The notes beneath the pieces were generated by a model. That model was not told where the DNA came from. It saw only the letters and a program-made list of their open reading frames with translations, and searched no databases. A stretch of DNA of 64,000 nt from Candidatus Kaiserbacteria bacterium. Lineage in GTDB: Bacteria > Patescibacteriota > Minisyncoccia > Phycocordibacterales > Phycocordibacteraceae. A program made the translations under genes and the position numbers. The stretch is from positions 1,218-65,217 of the forward strand of contig JAPLWI010000013.1 in NCBI GenBank assembly GCA_026396675.1, in the 5' to 3' direction. Positions 19,962 through 28,678 of this stretch are shown piece after piece. Positions within the stretch are counted from its first letter, which is position 1. The number at the start of each line of letters is the position of its first letter.

Positions 19962-20167
19962 TAGTTTCTTGTCAGAGTAATGATCTGCAACCAAACCCTG
20001 CCTTTTCTTCCCGGGGAGGAATCGTAGGGGTAACGCGAGAACGTTGTCGGTGGGGTATACTGCCAGAGTACCCTTAAACACCAAAACGACATACGTTCCC
20101 GCGTTTTCTATTTTAGTACTTGTTGATTGCGCGGCCCGCTGCGGGCCGCGCATGGTATTTTATAGGT

Positions 20168-20704
20168 ATGACATCCTCGTTCAGCGAGCCAAGAGAGAAT
20201 GTGTTGCAGTTAGGTTTGCGCGAAGGAATGAAGGTCGCCGACTTCGGTGCTGGTTCCGGTCACTATGCGCGCGCGGCGGCGGCAGTTGTGGGGCAGGAAG
20301 GAAAGGTTTATGCGATTGATATACAAGAGAATGTTCTAAAACACTTAAAGATTAATACACACTTAGCGCATCGCGGCACCATTGATACTATCTGGGGCAA
20401 TATTGAAAAGCCAGGCGGTACACATTTACGCGACGCGTCGCTTGATGCTGTTATTCTAGCCAATACGCTTTTCCAAATTGATAACCATTCCGAATTGCTT
20501 GGTGAGATACGGCGCGTTCTGAAGCCGGGCGGCAAGTTGATGATCATTGACTGGGCTGGAAGTTACGGCGGTATAGGTCCTGTTCCTGAAAAAGTAGTGA
20601 CCGAGCATGAGGCCGAAGCACTTTTTATCAATGGCGGCTTTCATAAGGTGAAATCATTCCGCGCCGGGCCGCACCATTACGGGATTTTATTCACAGCACC
20701 CTAA
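20168..20704 (+). CDS. class I SAM-dependent methyltransferase
   Basis: VADFGAGSG, RVLKPGG. Confidence 0.9.
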   Translation: MTSSFSEPRENVLQLGLREGMKVADFGAGSGHYARAAAAVVGQEGKVYAIDIQENVLKHLKINTHLAHRGTIDTIWGNIEKPGGTHLRDASLDAVILANTLFQIDNHSELLGEIRRVLKPGGKLMIIDWAGSYGGIGPVPEKVVTEHEAEALFINGGFHKVKSFRAGPHHYGILFTAP

Positions 20705-20707
20705 TCT

Positions 20708-22009
20708 ATGAAAATTTCTCTCTTCCAAGGTATTTTGTTCGGCGTATTCGGTCTCGCCGCACTCATCGGTCTTTTTGTTTTCGCGACTTATACAGGTAAG
20801 AGCAGTAGCAGCAGCGGGATCGGAACGGTTGTAATCTGGGGCACGTTGCCGAAAGATTCCATGAACACTATGTTCACTAACCTCGCACAAAAAGACACGA
20901 CTCTGAAGAGCGTTTCGTATGTGCAAAAGGACTCAGCGACACTTCCGAATGATCTCGCTTCCGCGATAGCGACCGGCTCCGCGCCGGATCTCGTTCTGGA
21001 CTCGCAGGAAAATCTGTTCGCACTCGCGAAGTTCATCACACCAATATCGTCGGCAACACTTCCAGCGTCCACATTTACGAGTTCATTTATAGAGGAAGGA
21101 AATCTTTTCGCGTCGTCTGGCGGCTACTACGGGATACCATTTTTGGTTGATCCGCTAGTACTATTTTCAAATCGTTCGATTCTATCTTCTGCCGGCATCG
21201 CGAAACCACCAGCAACATGGGAAGCATTGATTGGTCTAGTTCCGAATGTCGCCGTTCTCTCGACTTCACGACAAATTACGCGCGGACTTATCGCACTCGG
21301 CACCTACAGCAATGTTCACAATGCGCGCGGGATTCTCTCCGCACTCTTCCTCCAAACTAAGCTGCCCATTTCCGCTTATTCTTCAGGCGGCGTTTTTACT
21401 GCTAATCTCGGATCGAATTCTTCGAACAGCGGGCAGCCAGGTAAAGCGGTTGTCGGCTTCTATACACAATTCGCCGATTCTTCAAAGGTCTCGTATACCT
21501 GGAATGCCTCGCTAAATGATTCTCAACAAGCGTTTCTCTCCGGAGATCTCGCGCTCTATCTCGGTTATGCGTCTGAAGCGAGATATTTCACAGCAGCGAA
21601 TCCGAATCTTAACTTTAGTGTTACGCCTCTCCCACAACCGGCAACGGCCACGACGAAGAGCACTTATGGTCTCGTTTACGCATTTATGATTCCGAACGGA
21701 GCGAAGAATGCATCAGGGGCATATCAGGCAGCTGCACTTCTTACTAATTCAGCTGAACAGACCGTCGCGGCATCTGCGACAGGACTCGCACCATCCGCCC
21801 TGAATAATCTTTCCGTCGTCCCTTCTGGTTCTACTGCCGCAGTCGCGTATGCCGAAGCACTCTACGCGAAAGGTTGGCTGTCCCCAGCACCCGCCGCAGT
21901 GGACTCAATTTTCTCTAGTATGATTAACAGCGTGACCAGTGGCCGCTCTACAATTGACACAGCACTTGTTTCCGCCGAAAGCTCGTTGAGTCAACTTCTG
22001 CAACAATGA
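20708..22009 (+). CDS. membrane-anchored extracellular solute-binding protein
   Basis: N-terminal TM, G.APDL, YGIPF.VDPL.LF.N, PP.TW. Confidence 0.85.
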   Translation: MKISLFQGILFGVFGLAALIGLFVFATYTGKSSSSSGIGTVVIWGTLPKDSMNTMFTNLAQKDTTLKSVSYVQKDSATLPNDLASAIATGSAPDLVLDSQENLFALAKFITPISSATLPASTFTSSFIEEGNLFASSGGYYGIPFLVDPLVLFSNRSILSSAGIAKPPATWEALIGLVPNVAVLSTSRQITRGLIALGTYSNVHNARGILSALFLQTKLPISAYSSGGVFTANLGSNSSNSGQPGKAVVGFYTQFADSSKVSYTWNASLNDSQQAFLSGDLALYLGYASEARYFTAANPNLNFSVTPLPQPATATTKSTYGLVYAFMIPNGAKNASGAYQAAALLTNSAEQTVAASATGLAPSALNNLSVVPSGSTAAVAYAEALYAKGWLSPAPAAVDSIFSSMINSVTSGRSTIDTALVSAESSLSQLLQQ

Positions 22010-23112
22010 AAACGCACTTTTTCGTCATCGCTTTCTTTGCGCTTTTCGTATTTGCGCCGGCGGCGTTCGCTGCAGGCAGTCCAAACGGTAGCGCCTGTTC
22101 ATCTTCTTCGGAATGCTCTGGGGGATTTTGTAACTCGGACACTTCTAATCCAAACAGTATGTATGGAGTATGTGCTTCTAGTGCCGCAAAGACCCAGACG
22201 ACTGGTGTTGATACTTCTAAAACACAAACGACCGGTGTCGATACAACCGGTCAGAATGTTACGCTCATCAATCCTCTCGGTGCGGGAACCAATATTGAAA
22301 CCCTCATCAATCAAATTTTGGCGTTTGTCGTGCGCATTGGCGCCATCATCGTTATTCTGATGTTGGTCTATGTTGGTTTCCTATTCGTTACTGCAAAAGG
22401 AAATGAATCAAAAATTATTGAAGCGCGTCAAGCGCTTCTCTGGACCATCATTGGCGCGCTTATTCTACTTGGTGCGCAGGTAATATCTCTCGGTATTCAG
22501 GCAACAGTACAGGCGCTCTCAACTGGCAATGCCAGCACCAATTCAACTATTCCGAGTGCTGGTAGTTTAACTTTCCCTGGTGCCAGTAGTTTCAGTGGCG
22601 GCACCGTAACAACAGCAACGCAGCAGACCTATGCAAACGCAATAAATCAAGCGCAGAATGCATTCAATACCGCTTGTTCGCAATATGGTAATACAAGCAA
22701 CGAGTGCAAGTCAGCAGGAGCGACTCTCCAACAAGTGGTGCAGAACTTAAGTAATGCAAGCGGGGGCACTTTAGGAGGAGCACTTGGAACAGTAACTTCT
22801 GCCATTAAATCAGTAACATCAGGGACAGGATCGCTAAACACAATAAACTCGGCTGTCGGCTCGTTAACTTCAAAAGCCAAAGCATTGTTTGGCGGGAGCG
22901 GTAGTGAATTTGACGACCCGAAGAATGGTGTTGATTATGCAGCACCCCCAGACACTAGTTCCTACGATAATAATACTGATTACACAGCTCCTGACACCAG
23001 TGCCTACGATAATAGTACTGATTACACAGCTCCTGACACCAGTGGCGACAACCAAAGCAGTTATGAGGCACCTACTGACACTACTGACACTAGCAACGAC
23101 TACTATTATTAA
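22006..23112 (+). CDS. VirB2/TrbC-like pilin with Cys-rich N-domain and acidic repeat tail
   Basis: signal peptide, L.NPL, GFLFVTA.GN...I..AR..L.W.IIG. Confidence 0.8.
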   Translation: MKTHFFVIAFFALFVFAPAAFAAGSPNGSACSSSSECSGGFCNSDTSNPNSMYGVCASSAAKTQTTGVDTSKTQTTGVDTTGQNVTLINPLGAGTNIETLINQILAFVVRIGAIIVILMLVYVGFLFVTAKGNESKIIEARQALLWTIIGALILLGAQVISLGIQATVQALSTGNASTNSTIPSAGSLTFPGASSFSGGTVTTATQQTYANAINQAQNAFNTACSQYGNTSNECKSAGATLQQVVQNLSNASGGTLGGALGTVTSAIKSVTSGTGSLNTINSAVGSLTSKAKALFGGSGSEFDDPKNGVDYAAPPDTSSYDNNTDYTAPDTSAYDNSTDYTAPDTSGDNQSSYEAPTDTTDTSNDYYY

Positions 23113-23114
23113 TT

Positions 23115-23384
23115 ATGACCTTCGCCCAATTCGTCGGCAGTAGTACCACGGGAATCATCGGCATTTTAAACACGGTTGTTATCCCGATTATCCTCGCGTT
23201 CGCCTTTTTCGCTTTCGTCTGGGGAGTTCTGAATTATTTCTTTTTCAGCAATCGCGGCGATGAAGAAAAATTGAAAGAAGGTCGCCAATTTATCTTTTGG
23301 GGCATTCTCGGAATAGTTGTGCTTTTCTCAATCTGGGGATTCTTGAATCTTTTGTTATCCACGCTCGGTATCACGCCCACCTAA
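23115..23384 (+). CDS. VirB2/TrbC-like pilin
   Basis: F.WG...YF...G....EG...I.WGI.G two-TM pattern. Confidence 0.8.
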   Translation: MTFAQFVGSSTTGIIGILNTVVIPIILAFAFFAFVWGVLNYFFFSNRGDEEKLKEGRQFIFWGILGIVVLFSIWGFLNLLLSTLGITPT

Positions 23385-23406
23385 TAACGTGTCATACTGC
23401 TAACAT

Positions 23407-23865
23407 ATGAGAATAAAACCAATCGTCTACAGTGTTCTCCTCGCGTCTGCGATGCTCTTCGCGCCAGCGTTTGTTTCCGCCGACTCAGTTGTCGGTGGTG
23501 TTTCAAATTCCGGCGGCTTTTTAGGCGTTTCTGGATCAAGTGGTTTCTTCGGTATTTCAATCGGTAGTGGCACCGGATGCATGGGTTCTATCTGCGCACT
23601 CGGGAATACGATTCTCTATCTTATAAATTATGTCTTAGTGCCGGTTCTTTTCGCTCTCGCTTTTATCGCATTTCTCTACGGCATCGCAAGAGCGTACATA
23701 TTCTCCAATGGAGAGCCAGAAGAAGTGAAAAAGGGCCATAGGCTCGTACTCTGGGGCATTGTTGGCTTCGTCGTGATGATTTCACTTTGGGGATTGGTGA
23801 ATGTCGCTGCGAGTACATTTGGTCTCGGCGGCTACGGCGCACCGATGTTGCCGATGTCTTATTAA
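23407..23865 (+). CDS. VirB2/TrbC-like pilin
   Basis: signal peptide; VPVLFALAF; WGIVGFVVMISLWGLVN. Confidence 0.8.
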   Translation: MRIKPIVYSVLLASAMLFAPAFVSADSVVGGVSNSGGFLGVSGSSGFFGISIGSGTGCMGSICALGNTILYLINYVLVPVLFALAFIAFLYGIARAYIFSNGEPEEVKKGHRLVLWGIVGFVVMISLWGLVNVAASTFGLGGYGAPMLPMSY

Positions 23866-23874
23866 AATATATTT

Positions 23875-24807
23875 ATGAATGGAATCAATCCAACCTATAT
23901 TCAGGGCTACGCTAGTAGTATCACCGGCATAATTAACGGCATTCTCGTGCCCGTATTAATCTCCATAGCGTTTATTGTCTTTCTTTGGGGTATTTATAAT
24001 TATTTCATCAAAGGCGCTGACAATGAAGAGGCGCGTAAGACGGGTAAAACCTTTGCGCTCTACGGCATCATTGGTTTCGTCGTTTTGTTTTCGGTCTGGG
24101 GCATCGTGCAGATTTTTATGGGAACACTCGGACTCACTGCTGGAAATGTTCCTGCATTCCCATTGATTGGCACAGGCAGTGGCTCATCGGTAAATCCGGC
24201 GTACGGCACTACCGGCTCCGGAACGACTTTCCCCGGAGCTGGTACTTCTGGAGGAACCACAGGCACAGTCATTAAGGGCGGTTCGTGTACATCTGACAGT
24301 AGCTGTTCTGCAAATCTCGTTTGTACAAGCGGCACCTGCGTTCTTCCGATTGGCTCGAATGGATGCGCAGCAGGTTCAACTATTGGTGACTACGGCGGTT
24401 GTGTTCCTGTGAGTTCTAACAGCGTCTCTAGAGGCGGGTCATGTGCAACCAACAGTGATTGCTCTGCAAATCTCGTTTGTACCAATAACGCTTGCGTCTT
24501 GCCAACCGAATCTAATGGATGTGCGGTAGGTTCAACGCTAGACGATTATGGTGGTTGTGTCCCAGTTAGTTCAAACAGTGTCTCCCAAGGTGGTTCCTGT
24601 GCTTCAGACAGTGATTGCTCCGGTGGTCTTACTTGCAGCCAAAACACTTGTGTCATGACCACTGGCTCGAACGGGTGTGCAACTGGTTATGTCCTGGATG
24701 ACTACGGCGGATGTGTTCCAAATGATAACCAAAGTAATTACGAAGTGCCTCCCGATAACTACAATCCTGATAACCAAAGTAATTACGAAGTGCCTTCCGA
24801 TAACTAA
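23875..24807 (+). CDS. VirB2/TrbC-like pilin with three Cys-rich repeats
   Basis: pilin N-terminus; 3x GGSC....CS..L.C....CV....NGCA.G....DYGGCVP; DNQSNYEVP x2. Confidence 0.8.
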   Translation: MNGINPTYIQGYASSITGIINGILVPVLISIAFIVFLWGIYNYFIKGADNEEARKTGKTFALYGIIGFVVLFSVWGIVQIFMGTLGLTAGNVPAFPLIGTGSGSSVNPAYGTTGSGTTFPGAGTSGGTTGTVIKGGSCTSDSSCSANLVCTSGTCVLPIGSNGCAAGSTIGDYGGCVPVSSNSVSRGGSCATNSDCSANLVCTNNACVLPTESNGCAVGSTLDDYGGCVPVSSNSVSQGGSCASDSDCSGGLTCSQNTCVMTTGSNGCATGYVLDDYGGCVPNDNQSNYEVPPDNYNPDNQSNYEVPSDN

Positions 24808-24933
24808 TCAAGACACTACCGACTGCAACAGCAACGATGTTGGATTTTAAAAGATTATCCACAAACCTTCCGAAAACGCATTGACCGTTCCAACAGAAAC
24901 GCTACAATTATCTTGTTATTCATTATATATATT

Positions 24934-25302
24934 ATGAAAAAAGCCCTTATCATTTCTTCGCTCGCACTCGCTTTGCCGCTAGTTTCATTTGCCGCCATCA
25001 GCAATATCTCTGACGCCGGTTCATTCATTATCAATACCATAAATAATATTCTCGTTCCGGTTCTTTTCGCCATCGCGTTCATCGTATTCCTTTGGGGTGC
25101 GTTCCAGGCATTCATCCTTGGCGCCAACAGCGATGAAGTAAAAACAAAAGGTAAGAACCTTATGCTCTGGGGACTCATCGGCTTCGTCGTGATGCTTTCG
25201 GTCTGGGGTCTGGTGAATATCTTGACTGGCACTTTAAGTTTCGGCAATTCTTCAGGACCGACCGGCGGAGTGCCGCAAGCGGGAGTCCAAGTTGGCGGAT
25301 AA
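24934..25302 (+). CDS. VirB2/TrbC-like pilin
   Basis: signal peptide; WGLIGFVVMLSVWGLVN. Confidence 0.8.
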   Translation: MKKALIISSLALALPLVSFAAISNISDAGSFIINTINNILVPVLFAIAFIVFLWGAFQAFILGANSDEVKTKGKNLMLWGLIGFVVMLSVWGLVNILTGTLSFGNSSGPTGGVPQAGVQVGG

Positions 25303-25305
25303 ACA

Positions 25306-25566
25306 ATGTCCGTTTTGAACGCATTCCTCTCGAAGGTTGTCATACAGATTGTCAATCCGATAATTCTGCTCCTGTCTTCGGGCGCCTTTATTGTCTTCAT
25401 TTGGGGTATCTTTGAATTTATTGCGCATGCTGGAGATGCGAAGAAGCGTGAAGAGGGTCGCAAGGCAATTTTCTGGGGTCTGATTGGCCTCGTTATCATA
25501 TTCGGCGCATATGGAATCATTAATGTCGCGCTCGGTACTTTCAATCTCACACAAATAACAAAATAA
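25306..25566 (+). CDS. VirB2/TrbC-like pilin
   Basis: IVNP, F.WG..EFI, EG.KAI.WG.IG. Confidence 0.8.
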   Translation: MSVLNAFLSKVVIQIVNPIILLLSSGAFIVFIWGIFEFIAHAGDAKKREEGRKAIFWGLIGLVIIFGAYGIINVALGTFNLTQITK

Positions 25567-25612
25567 AATAATAAAGGCCTGCACAACCGTGCAGGCCTTT
25601 TGTTAACAAAGA

Positions 25613-26314
25613 TCATTTCTTTACTCGTGCATACGAGACGATAATTTCTTTTTCCGTCTCATTATGCACGTACACCTCCAACATAGGCCCATCACCACAT
25701 GGATTCGTAGTGGAACCCACTATTCCCTCCGGTCGGCCATCTCTGTAGACACAGTGAGTGGTGAACCCGTCGCCGGTGAATATTACATTGTGGCCGGGTT
25801 GCGAATTGATTCGCGCATTACCACCCGCTGGGACTTTTAACGTCCCACTGTTGTCATGCGACGAAATCCCAGAATGCGAACTTATGTGCGAGCTGGATGG
25901 GGTATTGACCCATCCTATAAAGCCGAACCAAGCAGGGAAGCCGATGAAGATCATAAGTAGCGCCCCCACCAGCAACCAGTTGAGAATCTTCGTCGCTTTC
26001 CCCAACGTTTGCGCGTTGAGCGCGACGATTGTGAAGAGTATTCCGAAGAACACTCCGAGCGAGACCCAATGATCCCAGCTCCAGCCGCCAATCTTCGCGA
26101 GTTGCAGCCCAGGAGCGTAAAGTTTCCAGAAGAAAAGTATCGCGCCGAAGAGTGCGAGCGCTATGCTCCACTCGATTTTCGACCTCTTCATCCAACCGAA
26201 CCTGCCGTTTCCGTTCGTGTTTGTTGGGACGGCTGTTGTTCCTGTTGGTGTCTTTCCCATTCGCCTATCTATCTCTTCTTGTTTTTTTTCTTTTGCTTTT
26301 GATATCAATGTCAT
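25613..26314 (-). CDS. hypothetical membrane protein
   Basis: three TM segments; overlaps the upstream gene. Confidence 0.7.
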   Translation of the reverse strand: MTLISKAKEKKQEEIDRRMGKTPTGTTAVPTNTNGNGRFGWMKRSKIEWSIALALFGAILFFWKLYAPGLQLAKIGGWSWDHWVSLGVFFGILFTIVALNAQTLGKATKILNWLLVGALLMIFIGFPAWFGFIGWVNTPSSSHISSHSGISSHDNSGTLKVPAGGNARINSQPGHNVIFTGDGFTTHCVYRDGRPEGIVGSTTNPCGDGPMLEVYVHNETEKEIIVSYARVKK

Positions 26315-27594
26315 TTTTCGTCACCCCCTTCCGTTAGTTTTCCCAACGCCTTTGCAACAATAGGAATAAGTGGGTTATTTGCCCAAATGACCGTGTTGCC
26401 AGCGCCCTTTGACGCCTCTTGCATTGCATCGAGTTGAGCGAGCAATTCTCCAGAAGGACTCTTTTCGATGATCGCGAGTCGCGCCGCTAAAGCTGCAGCT
26501 TCTTTTTTCCCGATCATTTCAATTACATCGGCTTTTGCTTGGCCAATAGTGCGCTCTGCTTCCGCATCTTGTTCTGCAGCATACAATCTTGTAGCTGCCG
26601 CTTGGTTCTTTCTTTTTTCTTCATCGTCGCCTGAAAGATCCATTGTTTGTAGGTCAGCGGTGCGTATTTCTACCCCGTACCTACCTTTCAGACCAGAAGG
26701 AGGGATTAATTTTTTGGAAGAATCCTTCTTATCATCTGGCAACTCAGAATTGAGTTCGATGATAGGTTCAGAAAACTTTCTCCAATAGCTCTCGACAGTA
26801 TCTTCATCTTCCGGCTCATTCCCATTCCCGATCTTCTTTTTGGGAGAGATAAGGTCCTGGTAATCGTGGCTTCCGATGAATGTCCTTACGTGCCTGTTGA
26901 TTGCAGCAGTTATTCGCTGCATCCAATCCTCGCCAGAGAATAACGCGCGATATGGGTTACGCACGGCGATTGTTATCTGTGTGAGTACATCAACAGGGAG
27001 ACGGTCTCTTGTCTCAGCTCCAATGGTTCTGATGGCGTAGATGAAGTCAGCGACATAGATAAAATCGGTTGCTTCTGCTCTTGGCAGAAGTACGATATCG
27101 CCATTTTTATTCGTTTGTGTTTCATTCCATTCGAAGCCATAAACATAAACATTTTTATTAGTCCATGGCCAGCCGACCCAGAAGAGGCCGAGTTTCTTGA
27201 AGAATTTCGAACGATCGTCGTAGGAACTATCTCGGTGATCATCGAATCCTTTTTTGTTATCCTTGCCATGATAGACAATTTCCCAGTCGGGAAGTTTTGT
27301 TACTTCCTTTTCTTCTTCCTCTGTTAGGATTTTCCCCTCTTCTATCACTCTGCCGTCTTTGTCGAGACGGGAATGATACCATTTCTTTCTTGGGTCGTTT
27401 AAGTGATATCCCTCGAAGCTAATGATGAAGTGATCGAAGGAACTGCCTCTCATGATTCCCTTCGAGGTCCCTTCCTTGTCTGTGGTGGCCAAGATACTTT
27501 CTTTAGCGAGCCACATCAGAAAGAGTGGCAGAGCAACTTTGTAAACAACCACTAACGCTATTACCACAATTACTACCACTAACAGATACTCCAT
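26311..27594 (-). CDS. SPFH/band-7-like membrane protein
   Basis: N-terminal TM, YGVEI...DLQ, AEQ.AEA....G.A.A coiled-coil tail; GGAGGT SD. Confidence 0.7.
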   Translation of the reverse strand: MEYLLVVVIVVIALVVVYKVALPLFLMWLAKESILATTDKEGTSKGIMRGSSFDHFIISFEGYHLNDPRKKWYHSRLDKDGRVIEEGKILTEEEEKEVTKLPDWEIVYHGKDNKKGFDDHRDSSYDDRSKFFKKLGLFWVGWPWTNKNVYVYGFEWNETQTNKNGDIVLLPRAEATDFIYVADFIYAIRTIGAETRDRLPVDVLTQITIAVRNPYRALFSGEDWMQRITAAINRHVRTFIGSHDYQDLISPKKKIGNGNEPEDEDTVESYWRKFSEPIIELNSELPDDKKDSSKKLIPPSGLKGRYGVEIRTADLQTMDLSGDDEEKRKNQAAATRLYAAEQDAEAERTIGQAKADVIEMIGKKEAAALAARLAIIEKSPSGELLAQLDAMQEASKGAGNTVIWANNPLIPIVAKALGKLTEGGDEK

Positions 27595-27708
27595 AACTAC
27601 CTCCTATCCCTTTCGGGAATCTCTTTATTTTCGGTCATTTCAAGGACCTTATTTCTGATGACTATAATACACGAGACGGTGAAAAAGTCAAGGTCTTTGT
27701 AAATGCAG

Positions 27709-27790
27709 TGGGCGAGGAGGGACTTGAACCCTCACCTCTTGCGAGACATGGTCCTAAGCCATGCGCCTATACCAATTCGGCTACTCGCCC
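27709..27790 (-). tRNA. tRNA-Leu(TAG)
   Basis: CATGG-CTTAGGA-CCATG, variable arm. Confidence 0.95.
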
Positions 27791-27919
27791 AGATATTTCC
27801 GCACCTTTCAAATATACTATGATTTGCTATATTCTAAAGAGGCGCCCATATGTAGGCATATGAGCGCTTCGCTCGACGAGAATAAAATCAAGTGAACTTG
27901 TTTTATTCTGCCTCATTCA

Positions 27920-27992
27920 GCGCCCATAGCTCAGTTGGTAGAGCAGATCCCTCTTAAGGATAAGGTCCCAGGTTCGAGCCCTGGTGGGCGCA
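27920..27992 (+). tRNA. tRNA-Lys(CTT)
   Basis: GCGCCCATAGCTCAGTTGG, loop CT-CTT-AA. Confidence 0.95.
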
Positions 27993-27995
27993 CAA

Positions 27996-28124
27996 ATGAG
28001 TCGCATCTACGACATCGCGAATTGGGAAGTCGGTCCAATCACCGCATCGTTACAAAAGAAATATAAAGAAGTCCTTCACGGTGTCGATTCTTATTACAAG
28101 CACCTATTGACGATTCTCAAATAA
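27996..28124 (+). pseudogene. fragment resembling the C-terminus of a branched-chain aminotransferase (IlvE-like)
   Basis: VGPITASLQKKYKEVLHGVDSYYKHLLT matches the class IV aminotransferase tail pattern. Confidence 0.55.
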
Positions 28125-28130
28125 TTTTTG

Positions 28131-28218
28131 TACCGAGGGTGGGACTTGAACCCACACAGGCCGATTTAAGGCCTACAACGTTTTAAGCGTCGCGTGTCTA
28201 CCATTCCACCACCCCGGC
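28131..28218 (-). tRNA. tRNA-Leu(TAA)
   Basis: CGACG-CTTAAAA-CGTTG, long variable arm. Confidence 0.95.
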
Positions 28219-28259
28219 GCGCTCCCTTATTTGTACCACATCCTTATACCTTTTGTAGG

Positions 28260-28331
28260 AGGCCAGAGCGGGAATTGAACCCGCGCATAGCGCTTTTGCA
28301 GAGCGCCGTGTTACCACTTCACCACCTGGCC
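28260..28331 (-). tRNA. tRNA-Cys(GCA)
   Basis: GCGCT-CTGCAAA-AGCGC. Confidence 0.95.
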
Positions 28332-28345
28332 GTTTGTTAATGATA

Positions 28346-28678
28346 CTACTGCACGCTACCTTCGGGAAGAGATTGTTCGCCATTATCAAGAAGAAAATCA
28401 ACACGCGGAAGAGGAGAGAGGCGCGTATGATTTTTCAAATAATTTGAAAGTGCCTCGCGTTGCCGTTCAAGGAAGGCGAGCGCCGCGTGGGATTTCTCAA
28501 TAGGGAAGACACTTACAAAGACAGTTACTCGCTCGCCGTGTGCGAAGGGTACTGCGCGAATGACTGTGATGAGTGACTCGATACCGGCTTCTCGCGCAAT
28601 AAACTGCGCGGTCTCATGCGCGATAACTTCGACGACACGTTCGCTATGATGTGAAGCTGATTTTCTATCAAGCATCAT
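28346..28678 (-). CDS. rbfA: ribosome-binding factor A
   Basis: follows infB; LITV, VFVSV, P...F..D. Confidence 0.85.
   Translation of the reverse strand: MMLDRKSASHHSERVVEVIAHETAQFIAREAGIESLITVIRAVPFAHGERVTVFVSVFPIEKSHAALAFLERQREALSNYLKNHTRLSPLPRVDFLLDNGEQSLPEGSVQ

Noticed and set aside
22930-24806. Direct repeats in pilin genes as a possible CRISPR array
   Set aside because: They are in-frame coding repeats with only 2-3 units, no unique spacers and no cas genes.
24855-24863. DnaA box TTATCCACA as a sign of oriC
   Set aside because: It is a single box, with no cluster and no dnaA nearby.
24855-25616. 253-aa minus-strand ORF and other long shadow ORFs
   Set aside because: They lie antisense to well-supported genes and have no motifs.
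25613-27790. SPFH pair next to tRNA-Leu as a prophage or integrated element
   Set aside because: I found no integrase, phage genes or att duplication.
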